This document shows, in pieces, positions 33,643 to 52,641 of a DNA stretch of 64,000 nt; position 1 is the first letter of the stretch, and every line of letters starts with the position of its first letter. Under the pieces are notes generated by a model that was not told the DNA's origin, made no database searches, and worked only from the letters and a program-made list of their open reading frames with translations. The stretch covers positions 4,992,001 to 5,056,000 of the forward strand of contig CM000152.2 of assembly GCA_000004695.1 (NCBI GenBank), read 5' to 3'. This DNA is from Dictyostelium discoideum (lineage: Eukaryota). Both the position numbers and the translations under genes were made by a program.

Positions 33643-34436
33643 TTTTATAAATATATAAATAAAAGTTTTTTGGATAATGAAAAAAAAAAAAATGAAAACA
33701 ATTGTTTTTATACTTTTTTTTTTCAAAAAACGAAAAAAAAAAAAAATCAAAATTTTCCAAAGAATTTTCCAATTGTTTTTTTACGAAAAAAAATAAAAAG
33801 ACTTTTCTTTTTTGTTTTGTTTTTGATCTAAAAAATTTCAGTGAAATAATTCCGAGTTTCGATTCCACCGTATTGATTCTTAACGTGTAATAATAATATT
33901 AATATAAAATTTTCCCAAACTTTTCCAAATAATTCTTAATATTTTTTGGGTCAAAAACAGATTAGTTTGAAAATTATTTTCACTTTTCAAATCTTTTTTT
34001 TTTTTTTTTTTATTTTTTTGAAACATCCAAAGAAACCCTAATTAATTTTTTTTAACAATTTAAAACAAAACGTCATAATTTAAAATATCTTTATTTTTTT
34101 ATTTTTATATTTTTTTTTTTCTTAATATAATTTATGCTCCAAATTAAAATTAAGAAAATTACTTTAACTTTTAACTCACTTTTGCCTCAACTTTTTTAAA
34201 TTCATCCACATATTTTTTTAATTTAAATGTTTTTCTTCTTTCTTTTTTTTTCTTTAATTTTTTTTTTTTTTTTTTTTTTTTTTTTCAAAACAATCAAAAA
34301 TATCAATTAAAAAAATCTTATCTTAGATAACCGCACATCATAAAAGAATTTTTTGTGGAAAATGCATTCGAAAATTTGAATGTCAAAAAAAAAAATTAAA
34401 AAAAAAATAAAAAAATAATTAAAAAAGTGTTTTACA

Positions 34437-34505
<69 letters not shown>

Positions 34506-35548
34506 TTTTTTAAAACAAGGATTCAATTTTAGTAATACGGATTTATGCCATAAAATATAAAAAAATGAATATATAACCATTCTGTTTTTTGGGTTTTTTT
34601 TTTTTTTTTTTTTTTTAATAACCAAATTTTATTTTTAGGATTTAATTATTTACTATTCATTTTTTGTAATTGTTTTTTATTTGAACAATGAGTAGGGAAT
34701 AAATTCATTAAGGTGGAGAATTTACAAATGTACATATCAAATGTTATATAGGTGTTTTGATTTAATGGGAATAAATTACCAAGACGATACATGTACTGGG
34801 ATAATGGGTATGGCTTTCATTAAATTCAAAAAATAATAACCAGAGACAATTTCAAACCATAAATTCATCGTTACACTTGCTGACAACACAAAAGATGATA
34901 AATTAAGATATATTTTATAAAATTAACCCGTCATTGATTTCAACCAACCCAAATGAATTCAATCGTGAGGATATAGTTGCTTATGATGGGAATCATGCTT
35001 CTATTCAATATTTACATACAATTTGGTTTTAGAGTTTGGAAAATGGTTGGTTCAAATTAAATATGCTATATTATCGATATTTACCAAGGTAAAAATTTAG
35101 TTTTAGAGGGTGGAAATAAATAAACCATTGGGCAGAGAATAGTGTTGCGGATGGTCGAAGTTTTTTTTTTAAAAAAAAGCATCCTTATCAACTTTTTTAT
35201 GATAATTATTTTTCAATTGTACCGCTCACTATGAAATTATATTAAGATCATAATTTTTTTCTACAAGCAAAAATAATAGAGTTAGATTACCAAGATCTTC
35301 AATGTCCACAGCAGAAATACCTCAAGATGGATACTTAATACAAAAAAATTTTTAAGAGTAAATAATTCTAAATTATCCAATATCATTTCAAAGCCTCAAT
35401 TCATTTATAAATAAACAAAAAATCAATAACATTGTTTATTCACAAAATAATAATAATAATTTTAAATCTTTTTTTTTTTTTTTTTTTTTTTGAAATTTTA
35501 TTATTAAATATTTAATGATTAAAAAGTAAATGAGTTTTTTTTTTTTTT

Positions 35549-36392
35549 TTAAAGTTTTTGATTATATTCAAGAGTTGGTAATCTTGGATGTAAACCTTTT
35601 CTTTTTCTAACTGATGAAGCTACAGTTGACCTTTTATTTTGACCAAATATACCAATTGAACTCGAATGGTCAAAAACACATTGAGGGAAAGCTTGACCAT
35701 CAGTACTTGTGCGTAAATCAGCAGTGTAACCAAATGATTCCATTATAGGAAGATAAGCTTTGATATTGAATAATGGAGTACCAATACGACGTTCTTCACC
35801 AATGACTACACCTCTTCTACGTTGTCCTGGGCATGATTTGATTCCTCTGAAATGGATTCACAAAATGATACTACTGGATCTGAGGTAATAATTTCAATGC
35901 CTGCATGATCTCCTGCAAGATATTTAGGACAAATTTCTAAGTGAAGTCCACCTGTACCTTTTGATAATATGTTCACCGGATGTTTCAAGAAATTGATCCA
36001 CCCCAACCAATGATATTACCACATGGACAACCTTGTTTACAAATAAAACTGGTTTAATACTTGACGTAAAACGGTTTCGGTTTGTATACAACTTAAAGAC
36101 AATCGATAACTACCAATGCATCGGTGACACAAAGTGCTGCTGCTAATACAGATCTAAAATCAACATGACCTGGTGAATCAATAAGATTGATTAGGAATTC
36201 GTGTGAGCTACAGCCAATAGGCAATTTTTCATCTAGTATTTTAAAGTGAAGAGAAACTGATCACTTTGTGGTAATACCACCTAATAGTTCATATAGACGA
36301 CATGGCATATATCCTGCATTACCAGATACCCTTTCAGTAATAATACCAGCTCTTTGAATTAATGAGCCAGTAAGAATAGTTTTACCATGACC
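35549..36392 (-). pseudogene. Elongation factor 2 (EF-2) pseudogene fragment with internal deletion, frameshifts and stops
   Basis: Minus-strand translation gives SIGHGKTILTGSLIQRAGII...[14 protein letters not shown]...[14 protein letters not shown] (EF2 G-domain, roughly residues 20-150). It then jumps to [10 protein letters not shown]...[47 protein letters not shown] and ESFGYTADLRTSTDGQAFPQCVFDH...RKRKGLHPRLPTLEYNQKL (EF2 domains IV-V and C-terminus). The segments lie in three different frames with in-frame stops, and about 400 codons are missing internally. The N-terminus is truncated at a poly(A/T) tract (36393-36418). Confidence 0.75.
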
Positions 36393-37046
36393 AATACTTT
36401 TTTTTTTTTTTTTTTTTTAAGAAAGAGAAATTATTGTACAAAGGCAAACTAAAGTTTGGCCAATGTAGGGAAATATAAAGTTTAAGTTTTATTAATATTG
36501 TTTTGTATATTTAATTATATTAATTATTTATATGAGAAAATTAAAAAATTTGCTTAAAGGCACAAAAAAAAAAAATTAAAAAAAAGAAAAAAAAAAAAAA
36601 ATGATTATTAAAATAATTTGTTACTTGTGCTATTAGATTGGATTCACAATTTTTTTTAAAATATAAACTAGAATAGTTATTCTTTGGTTTAAACTTTCAT
36701 TAAAATCTGGTGATATAGAATTTTTCTATTGATAATATTGGATATTGGTATTCAAACTTTAATAAATAAAAAAAGAGTTATAATACACATATTATAATTT
36801 TGTTGCAATGCTAAATACTTTTATAAAAAAATAAAATAAAAAAATATTTCTCCAACTTCAAATGAGAGTGATGATCAAGAAGTAAACCATGATGATGTTA
36901 TCGATTCCACTATAAAAGATTTAGCTTTAAAGAATCCATTACATGCGATTTGTTTGTTGGTACCTCTTTAAAGCTCTTGGAACAATTAAAATAAAAAAAA
37001 AAATTTTATTAATTATTTAATCTGTTTATTATTAAAGGTAAATAAT

Positions 37047-38146
37047 TTATTCAACTTTGTTTAACTTTTCTTGACGTCTTGAATTTGATTTATAAGAGTC
37101 ATAATAGAATTTACCAAAAAGAATGATAAAGAAGGAATTGATGGTGTTTGAAACAATTGCTGGACTTAATGGTGCTTGACATTTTTCTGAATCACGGATT
37201 ACGAACCAATAGCTAACCATTGCTGTACCAGTAAGGAATTGAACAATTTGTGCTTTTGTAATATATTTCTTGAACCAACATGGATTACCCAATGTAGTTT
37301 GGAGATAGTAATAATACATTAAAACTAAAATTAAAAAAATAAAATAAAATAAATAAATATAAATAAAATTTTAAAAATTATTAATAATCAAATGGGTACG
37401 TAAAAGTAAAATTGAAAACAATTTTAATACGTTTCTTTTTTTGATTTAAAATAAAAAAAAAAAAATTACATACCATGAATAAAACTATTTACTAATGTAC
37501 ACCACCAACTACCAACTAACCATTGGTCATGAAGCCATTGCCATGTTACTGGTACCATTGCCATATGATGGAAAATATGTAAAAAGATGATTGGCTTTTT
37601 CTTTAAAGCTAAAATGACAGTGTCAACCAATTCATAGTATTTTGATAAGTAGAAAATGTAGATCCAAAAACCAATTCTACCTTGTACAGATTGACTTGAT
37701 TGTTCGCATACCAATGAAAATGCACCTTGCTCTAAATATTGTTGGTATGCTGCATACATAACACCTGACATCATTGAAAATGATAATATAATTAAATTAA
37801 TGTTGTGAATAATTGAGAAACCTTTTAAAACCATTCCTTTTTTATTTTTCATTATTGCCTATAAAATTTATTTTTTAAAATTAAAGTATTTATTTTTTAA
37901 TTAAAAAATTATTTTTTTTTTTTTAAAAAATTAATAAATCATTATTATTATTATTTTTTTTTTTTTTAAAATTTGTTGGTGTTAAAATTGATCACATACT
38001 TGTAAAGCGAAAATGACCAAAACATAAATTACAGAAGTTGAGAATGGGAATACATAACTTGAAAGTGGAGTTACACCACTTTCCCAACGAAAGTTGGCGG
38101 TATATTGATCAAATGCAATGAGATAATTTTTTACAATATCCATCAT
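37047..38146 (-). CDS. ELO/GNS1/SUR4-family fatty acid elongase, about 270 aa, 3 exons
   Basis: Exons on minus: 38146..38000 (MMDIVKNYLIAFDQYTANFRWES...), 37858..37474 (with the histidine box FLHIFHHMAMVPVTWQWL) and 37324..37047 (...MYYYYLQTT...FGKFYYDSYKSNSRRQEKLNKVE). Donors are GTATGT and GTATGT. Multiple predicted TM helices. Confidence 0.8.
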
Positions 38147-38520
38147 AAAATGGGCTCTTTATTTTGGTGTGATCGAAAAGCTGAATAAAAAAAAAAAAAA
38201 CTTTTTTCTCAACATTGTTTTTTTTTTAAAAAAAAAAATCAATTTTGTGACTTTTTGAATATTAAGGTTTAGGAAAAAAATAAAAAAAAAATAAAAAAAA
38301 ATAATTAAATTTTTTTTTTCAATCACGTTTTTCATTCCAATGACGATAGAATTTATAAAATTTAGATATTTTTTTTTATGTTAAAATAAAATAATAATCT
38401 TTTTTTTTTTTTTTTTTTTTAATCTATAAAATAATTTTTTAATCTATTTTATACTCTTTTTTTAAAAAATAGATAATAGAAAATTATTAATAATTTTAAA
38501 TTATTTTGTTGAAAAACTAA

Positions 38521-38760
38521 TCATAATTAATTAATATTAATTTTTTTTTTTTTTTTTTATTTTATTTTTTTTTTTTTTATTTTATTTTTTTTTTTTATTT
38601 TATTTTTTTTTTTTATTTTATTTTTTTTATTTTATTTTTTTTATTTTATTTTTTTTTTTATTTTATTTTTTTTTTTTATTTTTTTTTTTTTATTTTATTT
38701 TTTTTTTTTTATTTTATTTTATTTTTTTATTTTATTTTTTTTTTTTATTTTATTTTTTTT
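38521..38760. repeat. T-rich minisatellite, (T)n-attttatttt units of about 20-24 bp, about 11 copies
   Basis: Directly visible tandem array in the intergenic region between the elongase start and the 3' end of the ankyrin-like gene. Confidence 0.8.
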
Positions 38761-38912
38761 TTTTTTTTTTTGGATTAAAAATGATAATTTTATTTTTTAC
38801 TTAATTCCAATTATTAAAAAAGTTAAATTAATGGTAATAGTGTCCATTATCAGGAAAATTTTAAAATTTTAAAATTTAAATTTTATTTGTTTGTTTGTTT
38901 GTTTTTTTTTTT

Positions 38913-43144
<4,232 letters not shown>

Positions 43145-43196
43145 TTTTGTTATTTATTATTTATTATTTATAATTTATAATTTATTTATTTATTTA

Positions 43197-43249
<53 letters not shown>

Positions 43250-44439
43250 CAATATTAAAATTTTATTAGTAAACAATTATGAATAAAGTAAGAAAAAAAA
43301 AAAATAAAATGAAAATAGAAAAAAAAATTAAATAGAGAGAAAAAAAAAAATTTAATAATCACACATACATTAATAAAAAAAAATTAAATTAAAATTTTGT
43401 TTTTTTTGTTTTTTTTTTTTTTTTTGTGCCACATTCAAATATAGATAAAAAATGTGTGTGAGTGCGAATTTAGGGGTTAACATATTTTTATTTTTTTTAT
43501 TTTTTTTTTAATTATTTTCCTATTTTTGGATTTTGATGAAGATGGGACCACCAAATATTAAAAAAAAAAAAAATTAAAAAAATTAAAAAAAAAAAAAAAA
43601 AATAAAAAGTATTAAAAAAATAAAAATAAAAAATGTGAAAAAAAAAAAAAAATAAAAAAACCATTAATATTGGACAAAATGAGTGTAAAAGTGTGTTAAT
43701 TTTATTTACCAACTGTGATAGTTGGGTGTGGTCAAAAAAAAAAAAAAAAAAAAAAAACCCTTTGGAAGAGAAGAAAAATGATTATTAATTCCCAGAACAA
43801 AGATTTTCCTTGTAATACTTAAGGTTAATTAAGTATTATTAGGACCAGAAAAATATTTCTACTTAGAATTAATAATCACTTTACCTCAAACCCTAAAAAA
43901 AAAAAAAAAAAAAAAATTTTTTTTTTAATTTGATTTGGGGCAATAGAATTATTTCATAAAATTAATTCAAAATAGTATTTTTTTTTTTTTTTTTTAGATT
44001 TGTTTTTACCCTTAGCATACCTATACTTAAAAAATAAAAAAATTAAATTAGTTGGTGTTTTTTTTTTTTGTTTTTTTTAAAATAAGAAATAATATAATGA
44101 AACAATCAGTTATTATAATTTGAATCAGCAAAATTAATTAAGAATGTATTAATGTATTTGTGATTATAATTCATCATAGTTTCAAAACAAAATAAAAATA
44201 TCAAAAATAAAAAATAAAAAAGAATAATAAAAAAATAATTACCTTATACAATTAATAATTGATCAACTTGAACTAAACACGACGACGGTTGTGAATGAAA
44301 TAAAAAAAAAAAAAAAAAAATTGGAAAATGAAAAAAAAAAAAAAAAAAAAAAAATTAAAAAAAAAAAAAATTAAAAAAAAATTCAAAAAAAAAAAAAAAA
44401 ATATTAAAAAAATTATTACAAACAAATATTTACCAAACA

Positions 44440-44509
44440 ATGAATCCAAAAGATAAAAGAGTTAATTTTGGTTCTATGGAACCTTTAATAAGAGGTATAA
44501 ATATATTAT

Positions 44510-44546
<37 letters not shown>

Positions 44547-45036
44547 AAATATTAACCATTATTTTTATTATTATTATTTTTTTTTTTTTATTTTTTTATT
44601 TTTTTATTTTATAGATATTGGTACAGTTTATGAATTTTATTTTGATCAAAATACATTTATAGAATCAGAAATAAAAACATTTTTAAAAGAATTTGAAACA
44701 AAGAGAGGAGATAGAGATTTATATTCACTTTCACAACAAACCATAAATGCAAATAATACAATTGTAAATATAAATAGATCAATTCATCAATCAAGTCAAT
44801 TCCTTGAAAATATTAATAATAATTTAAATCAAATAAATTCAAAGTTATCAACTCAAGTTGAAAATGAATCAATTCATCAAGAACAAAGAAATAATGATAG
44901 ATTAAATAAATTTGAATTGGAATTAGTTGAAAAGAAATCAATTGAAGATTCATTCAATCAAAGAAAATCACAAATTGAAAATGATTTCAATGAAAAAGCA
45001 TCAGTCCTACGTGACAAATATCAAATTGTATTATAA
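44440..45036 (+). CDS. Small coiled-coil protein of unknown function, about 159 aa, 2 exons
   Basis: Exons 44440..44494 and 44615..45036, with a GTATAA...ATAG intron containing poly(A) and poly(T). Product: MNPKDKRVNFGSMEPLIR-DIGTVYEFYFDQNTFIESEIKTFLKEFETKRGDRDLYSLSQQTI...NDFNEKASVLRDKYQIVL. Heptad-like Asn/Gln/Glu-rich C-terminal half. Confidence 0.5.
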
Positions 45037-45214
45037 ATAAATTAAAATAAAAAAAAAAATAAAAAATAAAAATAAAACACATATAAAATATCTTGAAAAA
45101 AAAAAAAAAAAAAAGGTGGTGAAAATTTTTACAGTGCGCAAAAATAATTATTTTTTTTTATTTTTTTTTTTATTTTTTTTTTTTTATTTTACAAGATTAG
45201 TAATAATAATAAAA

Positions 45215-45808
45215 ATGACATCAAGACCATTAATTTTAGGATCATCATCAATATGGAGAAAACAAGTTTTGATTGATATGGGATATATATTTAAAACCAT
45301 GTCACCTGATATTGATGAGAAAGCAATTAGAGATTCTGATCCAAAAACATTGACATTATTAATTAGTAGAGCTAAAGCTCAAGCATTATTAAAGAGAATT
45401 AAAGAATCTGATGATGAATTAGATAAAAAGTCAATTATGATTTGTTCAGACCAAGTTATAGTTCACAATGGTGTCATTAGAGAGAAACCAGAGACAGAGC
45501 AACAATGTAGAGAGTATTTACAAAGTTATGAATTCCATCCGGCTGTTGCTGTCGTTAGTGTGGTAGTTGTAAATATTGAAACTGGTAAAATCGTTGAAGG
45601 TACTGATATTGCAACTCAACATTTTAAAAAGATCTCTGACGAGTTTATTGATAAATTAATTAAACAAGGTGATGTTATGCATTGTGCTGGTGGTTTCACT
45701 GTTGAACATATGGCTGATTTCACTTTACAATTAGAAGGTGAAGTTGAAACTATTTTAGGTTTACCAAAAACATTAACTAAAAATTTAATTAGTCAAGTTT
45801 CACAATAA
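45215..45808 (+). CDS. Maf-like protein (Maf/Ham1-superfamily nucleotide pyrophosphatase), 197 aa
   Basis: MTSRPLILGSSSIWRKQVLIDMGYIFKTMSPDIDEKAIRD...KAQALLKRI...ICSDQVIV..GVIREKP...HFKKISDEFIDKLIKQGDVMHCAGGFTVEH...GEVETILGLPK matches Maf family landmarks (S-S-S-x-R-R, DIDE, K). The track ORF begins at an upstream GTG (45116), and the first ATG is at 45215. Confidence 0.8.
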   Translation: MTSRPLILGSSSIWRKQVLIDMGYIFKTMSPDIDEKAIRDSDPKTLTLLISRAKAQALLKRIKESDDELDKKSIMICSDQVIVHNGVIREKPETEQQCREYLQSYEFHPAVAVVSVVVVNIETGKIVEGTDIATQHFKKISDEFIDKLIKQGDVMHCAGGFTVEHMADFTLQLEGEVETILGLPKTLTKNLISQVSQ

Positions 45809-46244
45809 TAAAAAAAAAATAATAAAATTAAAAAAAAAAAAAAAAAGATTATTATTTATTATTTTGGTTTTTTTAATCATTTTTTTTTTTATTTTTTTTT
45901 TTATTATTATTTTTTTTATTTTTAAATTTTTTGTGTAGGAAATCTTTATCTTATTTATTTTTTGAAATTTAAGATATTATTAACAAATCTTACGGGGTTG
46001 GGGAAAATTTTTTTTTTTATTTTTTTATTTTTATTATTTTATTTTTTTATTTTTATTTTTTTATTTTTTTTTAATTTTTTTATTTTTTTTTAATTTTTTT
46101 TTTTTTGTTAAAAGTTAGGCAAAAACACCAGGACTTTAAAAAAACACTGCTTTTTTTTTTATATTTTTTTATTTTTTTTTATTTTTTTTATTCATATTAA
46201 TTCTGAATAGGATATAAAAGTAATATTACAAATAAAAAAAAAAA

Positions 46245-46513
46245 ATGATTAAATCATTTTATTGTAATGTTTTAATTGTATTATTAATTGGATTGATTGG
46301 TTGTATTTTTGCTTCACCAACAACAATTTCAGTAACTCCAGGTATAGTTGAAAATTCAAATGACCAAGTTATTATTAGTTGGAGTGGTATTGTAAAACCA
46401 ACAACAAATGATATCGTTGCAATTTATTCCCCATCAACTGCAAGTGTAACTCATCCATGGGGTTATATTAAATTATCACAATCTTCATGTAAGTATTTTA
46501 AAGATATTTTTAG

Positions 46514-46563
<50 letters not shown>

Positions 46564-48197
46564 AAAATAAAACCAAGAACAAAATCTAAAATATTTTTTA
46601 ATTTTTAATTTTTAATTTTTAATTTTTTTAAAAAATAAAAAATAAATAAAATAAAGCATGGAAAAGTGGATCAGGATCAGTTTCATTACCATTATTAAAT
46701 GTTAGATCAGATTATATTTTTAGAATTTGGTCACCAGTTGTAAATTCATCATCACCACAATTAAATATTTTCCCAAATGTTACATTAACATTATTGGCAA
46801 CATCAACAGCAGTAACATTTAAGAATCCAAATGCACCAGATAAGTCATATTTAGCATTTACAAATAGTACAAGTGAAATGAGATTAATGTGGATTAGTGG
46901 TACTAATGATTCACCAATTTGTTATTATTCAAGTGATCCAAATTCATTAAGCAACTCTGTGACAGGTATAACAGTGACCTATGCAATTAGTGATATGTGT
47001 GCATCACCAGCCAACGAGACTAATTACTTTAGAGATCCAGGTTACATTCATGATGTTGTCATGACAGGATTATTACCAAATACAACCTACTATTATTATT
47101 TTGGTAGTGAAAATGATGGTATGTCAGCTATTCAATCATTTTTATCACAACCAGATAATAGCGACCCATCAAATTCCGAAGCATTTGTAATTGGTTTTGG
47201 TGACCTTGGTACCACATTTCCTTATACAGCATTGGTCGAAACTCAATATCCAGCAAGTGAAACAATTGCAGCAATTTCCCAAACCATTAGTGCACCATAT
47301 GGTTCATCACCATTTGTTAGAGCAATGGGTAAACAAAGTAATTCAATCGATAGATTAGATCCAAGTCAAACACCATTTTGGAGTGTTCATCACATTGGCG
47401 ATATCTCTTATGCTAGAGGTAAAGCATTCATTTGGGATTACTTTATGGATTCTATGCAACCAATCGTCTCAAAAGTACCATACATGGTATCGATTGGTAA
47501 TCATGAATACGATTTCATTGGTCAACCATTTGCACCATCTTGGTCAAACTATGGTAGTGATAGTGGTGGTGAATGTGGTGTACCATACAGTAAGCGTTTC
47601 CATATGACAGGTGCAGAGGATTCAACTCGTAACCTTTGGTTCTCCTATGAGAATGGACCAATTCATTTCACTGTAATGTCAGCTGAACATGATTTCCTTC
47701 CAGGTAGTCCACAATTTGAATGGTTAAATAATGATTTAGCATCAGTTGACCGTGAAAAAACTCCATGGGTAATCTTTAGTGGTCATCGTCCATTATATAC
47801 CTCTGCATTACCAGAGGATTCAATTGGTTCAATCACAGCTCTTCGTGAAGCTATTGAACCATTATTCCAAAAGTATGATGTTGATATGGCATTATGGGGT
47901 CATGTTCACATCTATGAACGTACTTGTGGTTTCATTGGTAATTTCACTTGTGCTGATAATGATAATGATGGTACCGTTCATGTTATCATTGGTATGGCTG
48001 GTAATACTTACTCTGTACCTTGGGAAGGCTCTGATATTAGCTCTGGTAATGGTCACGAAGATGAACCAGAATGGTCAATCTTTAGAAGTATCTCTTATGG
48101 TCATGTAAGATTCTATGCAAATACAACCTCACTTTATTTTGAATTTGTTGGTAATCATAGATCAATTGTTCATGACTCTTTTTGGTTAAATAAATAA
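46245..48197 (+). CDS. Purple acid phosphatase (metallophosphoesterase) with signal peptide and N-terminal PAP fibronectin-like domain, 2 exons
   Basis: Exons 46245..46488 (signal MIKSFYCNVLIVLLIGLIGCIFA) and 46657..48197, with a GTAAGT...AAAG intron containing A39. The phase-1 junction gives ...SQSS-S-WKSGSGSVSLPLLNVRSDY. All PAP metal-ligand motifs are present: GDLG, GDISYA, GNHEYD, GHRPLY and GHVHIYER. Confidence 0.85.
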
Positions 48198-48292
48198 ATT
48201 AAATAAATAAATAATAAATAATATAAATTATATTTTTAAATAATAAAAGATTTAAAAAAAAAAAAGAAAATATATATATATATGTTATTTTA

Positions 48293-48323
<31 letters not shown>

Positions 48324-48352
48324 ATAATAATAAAACTATTTATTTTATTTTA

Positions 48353-48770
48353 TTATTTCTTTTTTGTTGAAGATGGTTTTAAAGAATGAGGACCAATACT
48401 GCTTTTTGGTTTAGTATTTGGTGTTGTTTTCTTTAATTTTTTAGCATTATCAGCATTTCTAATACTTTCTAATAAACTATTTCTACTAGATGATGATGGT
48501 GGTAATTTTGATGAAGAAGGTGGCGGAGGAGGTGGTGGCGCAGATTTTGGAGGAGGTGGAGGTGGTGGTGGCGTAAATGTTTGTAATATTGGTGTTTTTG
48601 GTGGTGATGATATTAAACTTGAATTTGGTGAAATTGTTGAAGTTGATGGTGATGATGGATTATTATTATTTGATAAATTAAAACTATTATTTAAAAGTGA
48701 AGTTGAAGAAGGTAATTTCATACTTTTTCTTTTATCGTCATTACTTGATATATTATTAAATGTATTGCTA

Positions 48771-48801
<31 letters not shown>

Positions 48802-49893
48802 TATTATTTGATGATGATGATGATAATTTACTTATATTACTTGAAGAGAATGAACCTGATAAAGATACTTTTGGTGATTCGAATTTATTTGAATTATCTT
48901 TAATAAAAGTTAATTGAGATTTCTTTAATTTACCATTTTGTAATGATTGTTGTTCAATTGTTGTTGTAACTTCAAACCAAGGATTCTTTACTAATTCCTC
49001 AAGGGTTGGAGTTTTTTCTGAAAAGATTTGTTGTAATAATAAAAATACTTTATCAGGGAATAATGGTATAAAACTATTGATATTTGAATGATCTCCTAAC
49101 GGTATACCAATGATCATTTCAAATAAACAATGACCAAAACAAATTACCTCTAAATTGTCTTTAAATGATTGTGGTAAACCAATACCATAAATATAATCAT
49201 TGAATAATGGTTTCATACCTAATAAACAATTTTCAATATCAACTAATTGACAAGTATCATTTGATTGATTAATTAAAATATTTGATAAATGTAAATGAGA
49301 GAATTGAATACCTTTACTCTTTAAATATAATAATGATTCCAATATTTGTTTACAATATTTTTGAATTGATTTAATTGGTAAAACAGATTGACTTTGTGAT
49401 GATGATGATGAAGATGAGGATGAAGATGACGATGATTTTGGTTGTTTGTAAATATATTTTGTATCATATGGTGATAATGGTTTTGATTTATATACTTGAT
49501 CACGAAGACTACCTTGTTTGAAGAATGTACGAATTACCAATATCTTATCATTGGCACCTGATACCTCAACGTTTATTGGTGTTAAAATATATGGATGTTT
49601 AAGTGAGAGTAGAGTTTTTTCAAACTTTCTCTTCTTCTTTTCATTTGACATTGACCATGGACATGATGATGGTGTTGGTGTAATTATTGATACTACGCAT
49701 TCTTCTCCACCACCCATTGAATTCTTTGCCATACAATATGATTTTCTTAATCCATGTTTAGTATGTCCAATATCCTGTAATGGTTTTGAATATTCAAATT
49801 GTGCTGTTGATCTTAATTGAAATTGTGCTACTAATGCATCAGTTTCTAAAATATATATATAAATAATTAAAAAAAAAAATATTAATATATTTT

Positions 49894-49928
<35 letters not shown>

Positions 49929-50502
49929 TATTTAAAAAAAAGATAATTACCAAAATATTGTTTCTTTTGTTCAAATGAATTATTACATGATCTGCATAAT
50001 CTTTGTTGACCTGTATATCCATATTCTATTGGTAAAATTGAATAAAATGATGAACATGAATCACAAAAAATTGAACCACATTTTCTACAGTGATGCTTAA
50101 AAAAAAAAAAAAAAAAAAAAAAAGGTAAGAATTAATTTTTTGTTTTATAAAAAAAAAAAAAAAAAACTCATCAGAAATTTCCGAAAAAAAAAAAAAAAAA
50201 AAAAAAAAAAGAATTAAAAACTTACTCTTCTTCTAATTAATGTGAAAGGTAATTGGCAATCATTACATTCCAAAGAACTTTGATCTGGTTTCCATTCAGC
50301 TTTACTTATGGCTGTTCCGCTGCTATTTGCTGTTGATGAATCCTATCGATTTTCATAAAAAAAATAAAATAAATAACAACAAAAAAATAGATTAGTTTAA
50401 AGTGACTAAAAAAAAAAAATAAAAAAAATAAAATTATAAATTTAAAATATAAAAACAAATAATAAAAACAGATAAATATATATAAATATTCTTACTTACC
50501 AT
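48353..50502 (-). CDS. FYVE zinc finger - pseudokinase (PXK/Slob-like kinase-like domain) - Pro-rich - WH2 protein; about 585 aa, 4 exons, with an ATG-only first exon
   Basis: Exons on minus: 50502..50500 (ATG followed immediately by GTAAGTAAG), 50342..50226 (DSSTANSSGTAISKAEWKPDQSSLECNDCQLPFTLIRRR), 50095..49951 (HHCRKCGSIFCDSCSSFYSILPIEYGYTGQQRLCRSCNNSFEQKKQYF) and 49845..48353. Together these give a complete FYVE signature W.PD...C..C...F....RRHHCR.CG...C..C. The kinase-like domain has HPYILTPINVEV...FSHLHLSNILI (compare PXK GHLHASNVML). The C-terminus has SAPPPPPPPSSS and a WH2-like LLESIRNADNAKKLKK. Confidence 0.75.
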
Positions 50503-51161
50503 TAAACTTATAAATTTTTTAAAAAATTAATAAAAAAAAAAAAAAAAATTTGTTTTTAATTCCGTCGCAAAAAATTAAAAAAAAAAAAAAAACAAATATT
50601 AAAATTGATATGTGTCGTTAATGTGTGTGTGTGGTATATCACTATATAAAGAAGTTTGGATGGAGAGAATAAAACTTAAAAATCAAAAATAAAAAATTTA
50701 AAATAAAAAAAAATTTTAAATGTTTGGTTTTTATTTTTTATTTTTTTAATTTTTTTTTTTTTTATTATCAATTATTCTGAAACTTTTTATCTCCCACAAA
50801 ATTTTTTCTCTATGTGTTTCTACTCTATTTTTATAAAAATAGAAAAAAATAAAAAAATAAAAATAAAACAAAAATAAATAAAACTTTTTTTTTTTTTTTT
50901 TTTTTTTTTATATTTTTTATTTTTTTGTTTTGTTTTTTTTTTAAAAAAAAAAAAAAATAAAATAAAAATATAAAACAAAATAAAAAAAAAAAATAAAAAT
51001 AAAAATTTCGGTTTGCCTGGTTGGGGACTGACTCTTCACACACAACCACACTTATTTTTGTATAGGGTCACCCCAATAAAAATTTTAATTTTCAAAAATG
51101 GATATTTGCATTTTATTTTATTTTTTTTTTTTTTTATTTTTTTATTTTTTTATTTTTTTTT

Positions 51162-52641
<1,480 letters not shown>

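Noticed and set aside
47383-48108. 74-aa and 109-aa plus-strand ORFs inside the purple acid phosphatase
   Set aside because: Overlapping alternative frames of a conserved metallophosphoesterase exon.
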